Positions 1 through 8,319 of a DNA stretch of 32,000 bases are shown piece by piece. Origin of the DNA: Pirellula staleyi DSM 6068 (lineage in GTDB: Bacteria > Planctomycetota > Planctomycetia > Pirellulales > Pirellulaceae); the NCBI GenBank assembly GCA_000025185.1, contig CP001848.1, forward strand, positions 1,260,001 to 1,292,000. The letters are read 5' to 3'. The position numbers and the translations under genes are program-made. Each line of letters opens with the position of its first letter. The stretch's first letter is position 1. Under the pieces are notes generated by a model. The model was not told the DNA's origin, ran no database searches, and worked only from the letters and a program-made list of their open reading frames with translations.

Positions 1-512
1 CGCATAAGCTGGCGATCAACACCGTGCTGCCACTCGCCCAGGAAGTGCACCTGGCGACCGAGCGCGAAACGCGCGACGCGCGGCTGTCGCGCGAGAACAA
101 ATCGCTCGCCAGTGTCTTGCCACTTTCGCTCGCCGAATGGCGCGCCGAACTCTCCCCCGGCGAGATGATCGAGCGCCGCACCGCAGGGAGCGACGGACCT
201 TCGCTCCTCGTCCATTCGCAAGCGATCGAGGGACGCAATCTCTACGCCCCACTGTTCATCGATCTGCACCCCGCGCGGCGCAACATGCCTGTCACCTGGC
301 GACGACTCACCGTGGCGGAAAATCTCACGATCGTGCGCCGCGATGCTGCAACCGGCTATCGCGCCCAGGTCGGTCCCTGGCAATGGCTCGTCTATCGTTC
401 GCTCGGCATCCAAGCGAATCGAACGCTGCTGGGACAGAACTACGCCACCGAATTTGTCTGCTGCCGATTTTGCCCCAACGGGTCGACCGAAGATATCCTC
501 GAGGTCCAGTGA
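1..512 (+). CDS. hypothetical protein, C-terminal fragment (gene continues beyond the left edge)
   Basis: Frame 3 is open from nt 3 to TGA 510-512. The listed 24..512 ORF is only its first in-window start. No family motif recognised. Confidence 0.5.
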   Translation, partial: HKLAINTVLPLAQEVHLATERETRDARLSRENKSLASVLPLSLAEWRAELSPGEMIERRTAGSDGPSLLVHSQAIEGRNLYAPLFIDLHPARRNMPVTWRRLTVAENLTIVRRDAATGYRAQVGPWQWLVYRSLGIQANRTLLGQNYATEFVCCRFCPNGSTEDILEVQ

Positions 513-573
513 TCGAGGCGAGCTTTTCGCCCGTCGCGCAAGACCCATCACCTCCACTCGCTAGTCACCTCCG

Positions 574-1308
574 ATGCCTCTCTCTGCTGACGAGCGCACG
601 CTCCTCGAGCGCAACCTGCTGCAGGTGCAAGCGCGCATCGCCAGCGCCTGCGAGCGTGCCGGGCGAGCGCCGCGCGACGTGCGCCTCGTCGCCGTCACCA
701 AGTATGTTTCGGCCGAAATTGCCGCCGAAATCGCATCGCTGGGGCAGATCGATCTCGGTGAAAGTCGCCCGCAGCAAATCTGGGAGAAACAGCCGATCTT
801 GGCGAGCGACCCGCGTCTTGCCGCGCAGCCGATCCGGTGGCACATGATCGGCCCTTTGCAGCGGAACAAGATTCGCCGCACGCTGCCGCTGGTCGATCTG
901 CTCCACTCGGGCGAGAGCCTGAAGCTGCTTGAAAGCCTCGACGAAGAAGCAGCCAAAGCGGGGCTCACGTCGCACGTTCTGCTGGAAGTGAATCTCTCGG
1001 GAGATACCACCAAGCATGGCTTTCGCGCCGACGAACTCCCCGCGCTCCTGCCGCAACTAACAGCGCTCACGCATCTGCGAATCGATGGGCTGATGACGAT
1101 GGCCGCGCTCGAGGGAACACTCGACGACGCGCAGCGCCTGTTTGCGCAGCTGCGAGCCGTGCGCGACAAGCTCCGCGAGCAATCAGCCGGCGCACTCGAG
1201 CTCCCCGAACTCTCGATGGGGATGAGCGACGATTTCGAGCGCGCGATTCTCGAAGGGGCCACGCTGGTCCGGGTCGGCAGCGCGCTGGTCGAGGGACTCG
1301 GCGCGTGA
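574..1308 (+). CDS. yggS: YggS-family pyridoxal-phosphate homeostasis protein (alanine racemase N-terminal fold)
   Basis: 244 aa from ATG 574. Motifs VRLVAVTKY (PLP lysine), WHMIGPLQRNK, IDGLMTMA and LSMGMSDDFE...GATLVRVGSAL are typical of COG0325/YggS. Confidence 0.9.
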   Translation: MPLSADERTLLERNLLQVQARIASACERAGRAPRDVRLVAVTKYVSAEIAAEIASLGQIDLGESRPQQIWEKQPILASDPRLAAQPIRWHMIGPLQRNKIRRTLPLVDLLHSGESLKLLESLDEEAAKAGLTSHVLLEVNLSGDTTKHGFRADELPALLPQLTALTHLRIDGLMTMAALEGTLDDAQRLFAQLRAVRDKLREQSAGALELPELSMGMSDDFERAILEGATLVRVGSALVEGLGA

Positions 1309-1613
1309 TCGAACTTTCGCAAACCACCGACGGCGTGCTCGTGGGGGTGAAAGCGCAAGCCGCTGCGAAGAAAAACAGCCTGCGCGGCGAACATGCGGGG
1401 CTGCTGAAAATCAGCGTCACCACCGCCCCCGAAAAAGGGAAAGCCAACGACGCGATTGCCGACCTGCTCGCCGCAGCCCTTGCTGTGCGGCGCAGCGCGG
1501 TGCAGATCGTCGCCGGTCACACGCAGCCGCTGAAAAAATTCCTGATCAGCGGCGCTTCGCTCGACGAAGTGCGCGAGAAAATCGCCCGCGCCCTCGAAAA
1601 CGCCCAGCCATAG
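1305..1613 (+). CDS. yggU: DUF167 (YggU-like) protein
   Basis: 102 aa. GTG 1305 overlaps the yggS stop (GTGA). The core LKISVTTAPEKGKANDAIADLLA..L.V....VQIVAGHTQPLKKF matches the DUF167 pattern, and yggS-yggU is a common pairing. Confidence 0.8.
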   Translation: MIELSQTTDGVLVGVKAQAAAKKNSLRGEHAGLLKISVTTAPEKGKANDAIADLLAAALAVRRSAVQIVAGHTQPLKKFLISGASLDEVREKIARALENAQP

Positions 1614-1626
1614 CACCTACAAAACC

Positions 1627-1745
1627 TCGACTACGGCTCGAGCTTTGCCGTGTGGCACTGGACTTTGCTGGGTGGCTACTAACTGGCTTGTCCAGCAGTG
1701 AGAAACGCCGCCTGGATCGATGGAGGTCGACTACGGCTCGAGCTT
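1627..1745. repeat. exact 19-bp direct repeats flanking an 81-bp segment that holds a disrupted copy of the hairpin repeat
   Basis: TCGACTACGGCTCGAGCTT occurs at 1627-1645 and 1727-1745 (19/19). Between them, GTGGCACTG (1652-1660) and CTGGCTTGTCCAGCAGTG (1683-1700) are the two halves of the family core (minus orientation), split by 22 nt. The right repeat contains the stop codon of the minus-strand gene 1731..2636. Confidence 0.7.
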
Positions 1746-2636
1746 CGTCTCAGGGGCGATGCCACCGACATCGGGCTCGACCGGCGCGCTCTCCGAATCG
1801 GGTGGCAGTGGTGGAGGCATCATTTTCTCGAGCGGCTCTTCCATCTCGATCACCGGTGGAAGCGTCGCGCCGGAAGCATCGCCGAGCTTATCTCCCAAGG
1901 CTCGATCGATCAGCTTGCGAAGCTCGGCAGCGATGTCGACCGGGGGTGGATCTTGCTCCACTTCCGCCTTGTCGGACAGCTCTTTGCACTTGGCAATGAA
2001 GCCTCGCAGCTCTTCGTCGGTCAAGAAGTCCTTGAGCTTCTTCTGCTCGTTCCCCTCGTCGATGGTGATCAGCGCGAGCACTTCCTCGAGCTCCTCTTGC
2101 GAGATCTTCTTATCGATCACCCCTTGCGCAACGCGGCGCACTTCGAGGCTCGCTGCTGCTTTTTCTTCGTCCGAGAGACCCGAGTTCTTGATGTACTTTT
2201 CTTCGGCTGCGAGCACCATCAGCGTGGTGAGAAGTGGCGAGTTCTGCAGCTCATTGGCCACCTTTTCGAAATCTTGCAGCGTGATATCGCCGCGCTTGAA
2301 GCCGTCGACCACGCGATCGACCTGCTGCATGATCGCTTGTCGATCTTCGACCGGAAGTTCCGAGTCGTCGACAATTTGCTTGATCACCGAACGTGCAAAA
2401 TCGGCACCCAAGGTGTTGATGTTGGCCGTCACATACCACAGCACTCCGGCACACAGCAGCGCCGCCACCAGCAGCAGCATGGCAAAGGCAGCGAGCCAGC
2501 AACCACAGCCGCAACCCTTCTTGGGTGGCTCTTGGGGAGGATAGCCAGGAGACCCGGTGGAGTGTTCGCTACCGTAGTTGGGTGGATAGTTGGAACTCCC
2601 CGGATAGGGTGCGAAGCTCTGGCTCCCTTGCGACAT
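1731..2636 (-). CDS. hypothetical single-pass membrane protein (Pro/Gly/Tyr-rich N-terminus, acidic coiled C-terminal part)
   Basis: 301 aa from ATG 2636, with GAAGGA 9 nt upstream. It has one clear TM helix (WLAAFAMLLLVAALLCAGVLWYV). The overlapping plus-strand ORF 1698..2846 translates to R/L/H-rich antisense-type sequence. Confidence 0.65.
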   Translation of the reverse strand: MSQGSQSFAPYPGSSNYPPNYGSEHSTGSPGYPPQEPPKKGCGCGCWLAAFAMLLLVAALLCAGVLWYVTANINTLGADFARSVIKQIVDDSELPVEDRQAIMQQVDRVVDGFKRGDITLQDFEKVANELQNSPLLTTLMVLAAEEKYIKNSGLSDEEKAAASLEVRRVAQGVIDKKISQEELEEVLALITIDEGNEQKKLKDFLTDEELRGFIAKCKELSDKAEVEQDPPPVDIAAELRKLIDRALGDKLGDASGATLPPVIEMEEPLEKMMPPPLPPDSESAPVEPDVGGIAPETKLEP

Positions 2637-2823
2637 ATGCTCGATCCTTCATGCGCCATGCGAAAAGCGTGGAGACTTGCCTTACCGCCGTACGATGCGG
2701 TGGTCGGGAAATTGTACCGTGCCGCAGCCCTAGCTGCACGCCAGGGTGAGACTGGCTCCCCAGAAGCCCGGGAGCGACTGCCTGTGGCAGCACGACTCCT
2801 CTTGATTGGCGTCACCCCCAATG

Positions 2824-2930
2824 CTGTCAGGTACGCACGTAACTGACGCAACTTCGTCGAGCGATCCATGTCAGACTGTAAGGATCAGGCTGCAATCCAG
2901 TGTGCCACTGGGCTCTGCCCAGTGAGCACT
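2824..2930 (+). repeat. diverged copy of the composite repeat unit seen at 9841-9944
   Basis: Same order of parts as at 9841-9944. TGTCAGGT..CTGAC matches CGTCAGGT..CCTGAC. The arm CTTCGTCGAGCGATCCATGTCAG matches GTTCGTTGAGCAATCAATGTCAG. A related hairpin CACTGGG-CTCTG-CCCAGTG lies at 2906-2924. Confidence 0.4.
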
Positions 2931-3033
2931 GAAATTGGGCTCTATGTTTTAAGCCGATTTCGCCCAAAACATCGCCTTCTAACTTCTGCACCGGCAAGAT
3001 ACCGGTGGCACACAAATCAATGCCAGGAAAAAC

Positions 3034-3108
3034 GGGGTGGCACTGCTGGCTTGTCCAGCAGTGTGAGTCGTAGCTAAGGGATGACATTAACCGATAGACG
3101 AAGCACTA
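3034..3108 (-). mobile_element. REP/MITE-like element copy (arm plus perfect hairpin core), minus orientation
   Basis: The reverse complement reads TAGTGCTTCGTCTATCGGTTAATGTCATCCCTTAGCTACGACTCACACTGCTGGACAAGCCAGCAGTGCCACCCC. It differs from 9624-9696 at about 6 positions including one indel. The hairpin stems are 3041-3049 and 3055-3063. The first 3 nt (TAG) are the stop codon of the 3106..4209 gene. Confidence 0.75.
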
Positions 3109-4209
3109 CTTGCTGCTAGGTGGTGGCAGTGGGGCCTCGATTTTGGCGAAGCGTGCGAAGGCCTGCTCGATCACCTCGGCCTTGAGTACTCCTCGATGCA
3201 CATACAGCCCGTAGCGCAGCGCCAGCGGCGTGTCGCGCTCGATGGTTCGCGGCGCATCGAAGGTGAGGGATGTTCCCATCCAGCCGTCGCCACGAACATG
3301 AAAATAGGTGGGGTGGTTGGGGTTCGACGGGTGATCAAGCAGCGTGATGCCAGCGGTCTCGTCGTCGGTGATCGGCCCGGCGTAATCGACCCAGCGCGCC
3401 CGCTGCCACAGCACCTCGGCTTCTCCCCGCTTCCCCTCGCTGCTGAGAATCCGGCCACCACCATCGAGCACACCGATCGACTTGGCCATTCGGACTCCGA
3501 GCAGGCCAAACGGCGTTTTCCCAAGCGTCACCGGGTCGGCTGTCGGCTGCAGCACCAGGTCGATCACCAGCAGCCACTCGCGCTCATCGAGCGGATAGAC
3601 CCGCACGATCCGCTGCTCGCGGAGTAGCGTTTTCCCCTCCGCGCCGCTCCACAAAAAGAATGCTTCAACAAGCGCCCCCTCGTCGCGCAGTCGCTGGGCC
3701 GACGGTGCTTGATTGGCCTTCGAAATATCGGCCGCATCGTCGTAGCGCACCATCCGCTCGAGCTTGATCTGGCCGCTCTCTTTCCCCCGATCACTCCAGA
3801 AACTGACCCCGCCCACATCGTGGTGCGAGATCCAAACCGAATTGTGGTGGCTGTGGCCGTGGGGATCGTGCGGATGCCCCAGCCGCGTCAGCGAGTCCCC
3901 CGTGGGGCCGATGATTGGAAACAGAAAGGGGCGGCGCAGCTCGGCGCCAAAATGGAGCTGCGTCAGCTCGCGGCGCTCGTGCGCAATCGAAACCCGGTCA
4001 TCCGGCAGCGGCGTGATCGCCGTCGCTGGCAATGGCCTCGCCGCTGGCAGCTGTTCATCGGTCGCGCGCTCGGCTGTCGAACCCTTGGTAGCGGACCGCG
4101 CTCCCTCGAATGGCTGAGCTTTCGGTTGCTCCTGAGCCACAACGGCTGAACTGCCGAGCAGCACGAACATCACAGCCACCGCTCGAGCACCAAGCCAGCT
4201 TCGCATCAT
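3106..4209 (-). CDS. secreted DUF6807 / PmoA-like family protein
   Basis: The ORF runs 3106..4296. I place the start at ATG-ATG 4209/4206, which gives MMRSWLGARAVAVMFVLLGSSAVVAQ (signal peptide). The motif PFLFPIIGPTGDSLTRLGHPHDPHGHSHHNSVWISHHDVGGVSFWSD resembles the DUF6807 His-rich core as I remember it. Confidence 0.65.
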   Translation of the reverse strand: MMRSWLGARAVAVMFVLLGSSAVVAQEQPKAQPFEGARSATKGSTAERATDEQLPAARPLPATAITPLPDDRVSIAHERRELTQLHFGAELRRPFLFPIIGPTGDSLTRLGHPHDPHGHSHHNSVWISHHDVGGVSFWSDRGKESGQIKLERMVRYDDAADISKANQAPSAQRLRDEGALVEAFFLWSGAEGKTLLREQRIVRVYPLDEREWLLVIDLVLQPTADPVTLGKTPFGLLGVRMAKSIGVLDGGGRILSSEGKRGEAEVLWQRARWVDYAGPITDDETAGITLLDHPSNPNHPTYFHVRGDGWMGTSLTFDAPRTIERDTPLALRYGLYVHRGVLKAEVIEQAFARFAKIEAPLPPPSSK

Positions 4210-4494
4210 CGCCTCGCCCCTCGAGTATTTCAGCTCTTCACGCACGATTCGTTTATCCAGCCAGCGATCGACAGCCTGATCGATGCCACGCCGCACTGCG
4301 ACGCGGGATGATGCTTGTCGGCCAGGAGCTCGGCGAGGGCTTCCATGGTGATTAGTCCTCGAGCAATAGCGCTGCTAACAACACCTCAACACAGAAAGAG
4401 CAATCCCGGGCCAGCACGCTGAGCTGGCGTATCGCGCTCCTGTCCGGCAATAAGAGAGGCTCGAGACAGGAGGAGAGTGAGCGCGAGCGAAGAA

Positions 4495-4989
4495 CTACAG
4501 GAGTCCCTCGAGGTAGTCGAATTTGAGCGTCAGGATTTCGAGCTGGTAGGAGCCTTTCGGCGCGGGGACATCCACAACGTCGCCGATCTTCTTCCCCACG
4601 AGCGCCTGACCGAGCGGGCTGGTGATCAAAATCCGGCCAGCGTTGTAGTCCTCTTCACCGGCACCGACGAGGGTGAATTCTTCTTCCTCATCCATGTCGA
4701 TATCTTTGACCAGCACGGTGGTGCCGAACGACACCTGATCGCGGGGCATGGTCGAAGGATCGATGATCGATGCTTTCGACAGCTTGTTACGGATCAAGTT
4801 GATCTTGGCCTGGAGCAAGCCCTGAGCTTCGCGCTGAGCATGATACTCGGCGTTTTCCTTCAGATCCCCCTCGGCCCGCGCGTCGGCGATTTTTTGCGTA
4901 ATGTCGGGCATATCGACATTTTCCATGCGATCGAGTTCCGCCTTGAGCTTGGCATAGCCCTCGCGCGTCATCGGTATGTAATCATCCAT
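4495..4989 (-). CDS. greA: transcription elongation factor GreA
   Basis: [22 protein letters not shown]....I..A...[24 protein letters not shown]......IIDP is the classic GreA N-terminal coiled coil plus C-terminal domain. ATG 4989 has GGAGAG about 10 nt upstream. The longer 5019 start adds an atypical extension. Confidence 0.9.
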   Translation of the reverse strand: MDDYIPMTREGYAKLKAELDRMENVDMPDITQKIADARAEGDLKENAEYHAQREAQGLLQAKINLIRNKLSKASIIDPSTMPRDQVSFGTTVLVKDIDMDEEEEFTLVGAGEEDYNAGRILITSPLGQALVGKKIGDVVDVPAPKGSYQLEILTLKFDYLEGLL

Positions 4990-5030
4990 CGGGGAGGCAC
5001 TCTCCACAAAACGCGGCAAAACTTGAGACT

Positions 5031-5065
5031 ACAAACGAAAACGCGGCCTTCACGGGAAAGCCGCG
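5031..5065 (-). terminator. intrinsic terminator about 40 nt upstream of the greA start codon
   Basis: The minus-strand RNA is CGCGGCUUUC-CCGU-GAAGGCCGCG (10-bp stem with one G.U, tetraloop) followed by UUUUCGUUUGU. It lies 170 nt downstream of the 5236 stop and about 40 nt upstream of the greA ATG. Confidence 0.65.
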
Positions 5066-5235
5066 CTTGATTGGATTCTTTCGGTTGCGCGATGACCTCG
5101 GCAGCAGGCTCGCAAGCCTCCCGCCCGATGTGCACCACGCTTAACTATTGTGACCCATCGCAGGTCGGCTGGCAAGCATCGCTGACCGGCAGCCCAAGGA
5201 GCTTACCGAGCGATCGCACGCAACCTCACTGCGAC

Positions 5236-6102
5236 TTACTGAGCTGCTTTTTCGCCGGGCGAAACAGTTTCGGTCTTCGGCGAGCTGCTGCCAGCGGCCT
5301 TCGCCCGATCGGTCGCTTCCTTGGTGATTGCCAAAGCAGCTTCGAGTTCGCCAGGGGTGAAGTAAGGATCGACGGTGCCGTTGATGTGCTTGGCGCCGAT
5401 CTTCTGTTCGAGCTCGCCCCACGACAGGCCATTGGCCAGGTGCCAGGCAGCTGCTTGAGCAGGCTTCTGAGGAATCTCGCCACGGCCAAGCATCTTCACC
5501 ATTTCGATCACTTCGGGATTGCTCACGACGCTATCGAGGGGACGAATGTCGTAGGCAACGCGTGGGTTGGGGTCCTTCTTACCGTGCTCGAGGCAAACCG
5601 CCACGATCGGGAGCTTTTGAACCTTTTCGGGTCCGACGTTGAAGAAGCCACCGCCACCACCCTGGCCGCCGAAGCCGCCACCACCTTGACCACCAAAGCC
5701 ACCGCCACCCTGGCCGCCGAAGCCGCCACCGAAACCTTGGTTCTGACCACCACCAAGGCCACCCTGACCACCGCCAAAGCCACCTTGGCCGCCGATTCCA
5801 CCACCACCAAAGCCACCGAGCTGAGCATTCACGGGGACACCCGCAAAGGCATCAGGAAGCTTGATCGACAGGGGCTTCTTCGTATTGTTCTTGATCGTCA
5901 CCGTGCCGGTGGTCGAATCTTTAGGAATCAATTTCACTTCGATATCGCCACGCTTAATGGCTTCGAACATCTCCACTTCTTCGGAGTCCGCTGCTTTGGC
6001 CTTGGTTTCGGCCAGCACGAGCGAGCTTCCAGCCAAGCTAAACGCCAGGCCCAGACTGAGGAGCGAAACCCACGAAAACAGCCGCGAGGTTGTAACACTC
6101 AT
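5236..6102 (-). CDS. secreted hypothetical protein with a central 59-aa Gly/Phe/Gln low-complexity tract
   Basis: ATG 6102 gives MSVTTSRLFSWVSLLSLGLAFSLAGSSLVLA (signal peptide). The flanking ordered parts look conserved (KLPDAFAGVPV...; VAVCLEHGKKDPNP...AQAAAWHLANGLSWGEL). The 6120 start is a TTG. Confidence 0.7.
   Translation of the reverse strand: MSVTTSRLFSWVSLLSLGLAFSLAGSSLVLAETKAKAADSEEVEMFEAIKRGDIEVKLIPKDSTTGTVTIKNNTKKPLSIKLPDAFAGVPVNAQLGGFGGGGIGGQGGFGGGQGGLGGGQNQGFGGGFGGQGGGGFGGQGGGGFGGQGGGGGFFNVGPEKVQKLPIVAVCLEHGKKDPNPRVAYDIRPLDSVVSNPEVIEMVKMLGRGEIPQKPAQAAAWHLANGLSWGELEQKIGAKHINGTVDPYFTPGELEAALAITKEATDRAKAAGSSSPKTETVSPGEKAAQ
5641..5817 (-). repeat. coding low-complexity tandem repeat (GGFGGQ-type)
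   Basis: Encodes GGFGGGGIGGQGGFGGGQGGLGGGQNQGFGGGFGGQGGGGFGGQGGGGFGGQGGGGGFF. At the DNA level, CCGCCACC(AC)CCTGGCCGCCGAAGCCGCCACC recurs at 5651-5683 and 5702-5730. Confidence 0.85.
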
Positions 6103-7064
6103 TCCACGATTCTCCAGCAAGACTTCATCTGTTCCGTAAGAAATTTCTCAGCCTGTTTGGTGCGCCACCAGCGAGGTTCTAGCCTGCTTTTTTCGAGGCT
6201 GCCGTCGCGAGCGACGGACTCCAGATTCTTACTCTCGCGAAGATTCGTTTTCCGCAGAAAACGCCTCTTTGATTTCCACATCCGAACGAATATCAGCGAG
6301 ACGAGCGAAGCTGGACATCAGCGTGTGAGAAAAGCGTGCAGCCAGAGCCACAAAGCGCAAGATCGACTCTCGCGCCCGATGAACACGCGATTCAGAATAG
6401 TCGGATGCTCGGGAAAAAACAAACTGAAAAGATAGGAAGTTCAGGCAAACCGAGAATTCGCAAGGGGGAGGCTCGCTACAGCCTGAACGGCTTTAGGGGC
6501 CGGCTCAACACCCTTAGAAAATCCTTGACACCCTCCCCCGGCCCGGCCGGACGTAAAACGTTCCGCCAATGGGCATCCTCTCGCGCTGCAAAATCGCCAG
6601 CCGACCTACCCCCTTCGTCCCCCCAACTGCCACGGTGCGACGACTTTAGCAACACGTTTTCCACCGCCGAATCCCCCGCGACCCCCGATTTGGGGCATAC
6701 GTGCGGTTCTCCTACTTCCGTAGAAAATGCAGGTTTATGGGAGATGACACCCCGCTGTTCTTGATTTTTACGAATTTTTCGCACTTCTGTGGCATTTTCT
6801 ACTTGAAAAGGTTTCCGCATCGTACGAAAACTAAGTTCGAGCGATGCGGATCAACGCACGTACGGTCGTACTGGCCGCGATGTGCCTGGTTAGGGCGCTC
6901 AAACACCACGCGATCGCCCAGCCGCTTTGCTCCACTGGTCCCCGCAGCTGCTCTCCCCACTGCCTACCAGGGTTTACCTCTCTCGCCCAAGAATTCGTCC
7001 CGCTTCGGGCTCTTGTTGGCTCGAAGCTCTCTTTTGTTTGCTCGTTGATGGGGAGACTTGTGGA

Positions 7065-8090
7065 ATGTGCTACGCACAAAAACGCGAGGGTCGCAGGAGC
7101 GCTGCTCTTCGGCCAAATAGCCGCTTGGCTTTCACCCTGGTAGAACTTTTGGTGGTCATCGCCATCATCGGAGTGCTTGTGGCACTCTTGCTACCAGCTG
7201 TGCAAGCTGCTCGCGAAGCGGCTCGTCGTATGAGTTGTTCGAACAATCTGAAGCAGGTCACGCTCTCGCTACATAACTTTGAAAGCAGTTACGGAATTCT
7301 TCCCGCCGGCGAATTCAAAAATCCTTCCACCGGCACGCTGACCTACCTCTCGCCCCACGCTCTCTTGTCGAACTATTTCGAACAAGGAGCCTACTTCTCG
7401 AAGCTCGACTTGAATGTCGGCCCGTTCACACAACCCAATTACGACGCTACCCGCTTACAACCTAAAACCCTGCTCTGCCCCAGCGATCCACATCCGGGCA
7501 AGAACATGGACATGGGATGGACCAACTATCACGTTAATGCTGGCTCTTGGGTTCAAGCTACCCAAAACTGGGATGGTTCGTTTGGTCCTCATAATGATTA
7601 TGCAGGTGGTAAGCGGACCGGTGAGCTCGCTTTCTCGGCCATCACCGATGGTTTGAGTAACACAGCCGCCTTTGCGGAAGTGGTGAATGGTGCTGGTGAT
7701 TCGGGAGCACCCAAGACCCGCTTTGATTGTTATGAGTTTGGTGCTTCCCCCACGGGAACGATGGCGCAAATGCGGACCGCCTTGGCCGCCAAAGACTGGA
7801 AGACCGCCACGATTCCTTGGAGTGGTGGCTGGCGTTATCGCGGCTATCCATGGTCGGAAGGTTCGATGTGGCGCTCATGGTACAACCACCTCACGCCACC
7901 CAACAGCGTTTGCTGGCTCCCCGATGGCGACTTCTACAAAATCATCTCCCCCGCATCGAGCTACCACCCGGGTGGAGCGATGGTGTCGATGTGCGATGGT
8001 AGCGTCCGTTTCGTCAGCGAAACGGTGAACGGCGACATCTGGACCGCCGCTGGCACGCGCAACGGTGGCGAATCGATCGCGCTCCCTTAG
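7065..8090 (+). CDS. DUF1559 / H-X9-DG prepilin-type N-terminal cleavage-methylation domain protein (paralog 1)
   Basis: 341 aa from ATG 7065, with GGGGAGA about 10 nt upstream. The N-terminus [37 protein letters not shown] is a type IV pilin-like signal. The C-terminal [17 protein letters not shown] is the H-X9-DG motif. Confidence 0.88.
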   Translation: MCYAQKREGRRSAALRPNSRLAFTLVELLVVIAIIGVLVALLLPAVQAAREAARRMSCSNNLKQVTLSLHNFESSYGILPAGEFKNPSTGTLTYLSPHALLSNYFEQGAYFSKLDLNVGPFTQPNYDATRLQPKTLLCPSDPHPGKNMDMGWTNYHVNAGSWVQATQNWDGSFGPHNDYAGGKRTGELAFSAITDGLSNTAAFAEVVNGAGDSGAPKTRFDCYEFGASPTGTMAQMRTALAAKDWKTATIPWSGGWRYRGYPWSEGSMWRSWYNHLTPPNSVCWLPDGDFYKIISPASSYHPGGAMVSMCDGSVRFVSETVNGDIWTAAGTRNGGESIALP

Positions 8091-8186
8091 TCGCACAGTC
8101 CTTCCGTCGCATGGACCGTCGCTGAATTCAGCGTCAATCGACCAATTGCTCAGGAGCTGTCGAGCTTCTGAGAGGCAGCGTCCCCT

Positions 8187-8216
8187 CGGTGAGCAGCGCC
8201 TGGCTGCTGCTCACCG
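8187..8216 (+). other. GC-rich hairpin between the two DUF1559 genes (no U tract)
   Basis: CGGTGAGCAGC-(8 nt)-GCTGCTCACCG forms an 11-bp stem. It is followed by CGAGCGC, so it is not a canonical intrinsic terminator. Confidence 0.3.
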
Positions 8217-8319
8217 CGAGCGCATGCCGCACGCCTTGGTTCATCTTGCTGCGCGCCCTCAGATTCCGTGATCGCTGGGCGCAGGCTGCTTTCTATCTGC
8301 TCGGGGGAGCTTAGTGCTG

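Noticed and set aside
561-1616. 351-aa minus-strand ORF antisense to yggS-yggU
   Set aside because: The plus-strand frames match well-known families. The minus-strand product is Arg/Ser-rich, which is typical of antisense frames in GC-rich DNA. The same reasoning rejects 10732..11736 (+), 17660..18601 (-), 21566..22648 (-), 24694..25857 (-) and 30783..31373 (+).
1698-2846. 382-aa plus-strand ORF (and 1720..2544) overlapping the minus-strand gene 1731..2636
   Set aside because: The translations are R/L/H- or S-rich antisense-type sequence. The minus-strand frame has an ATG with a Shine-Dalgarno sequence, a clear TM helix and ordinary composition.
5071-6435. 454-aa plus-strand ORF antisense to the Gly-rich protein gene
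   Set aside because: It stays open only because the GGN-repeat DNA lacks stops on the opposite strand (giving the TTKATL... repeats). It has no signal or domain features, whereas the minus frame has a signal peptide and conserved-looking flanks.
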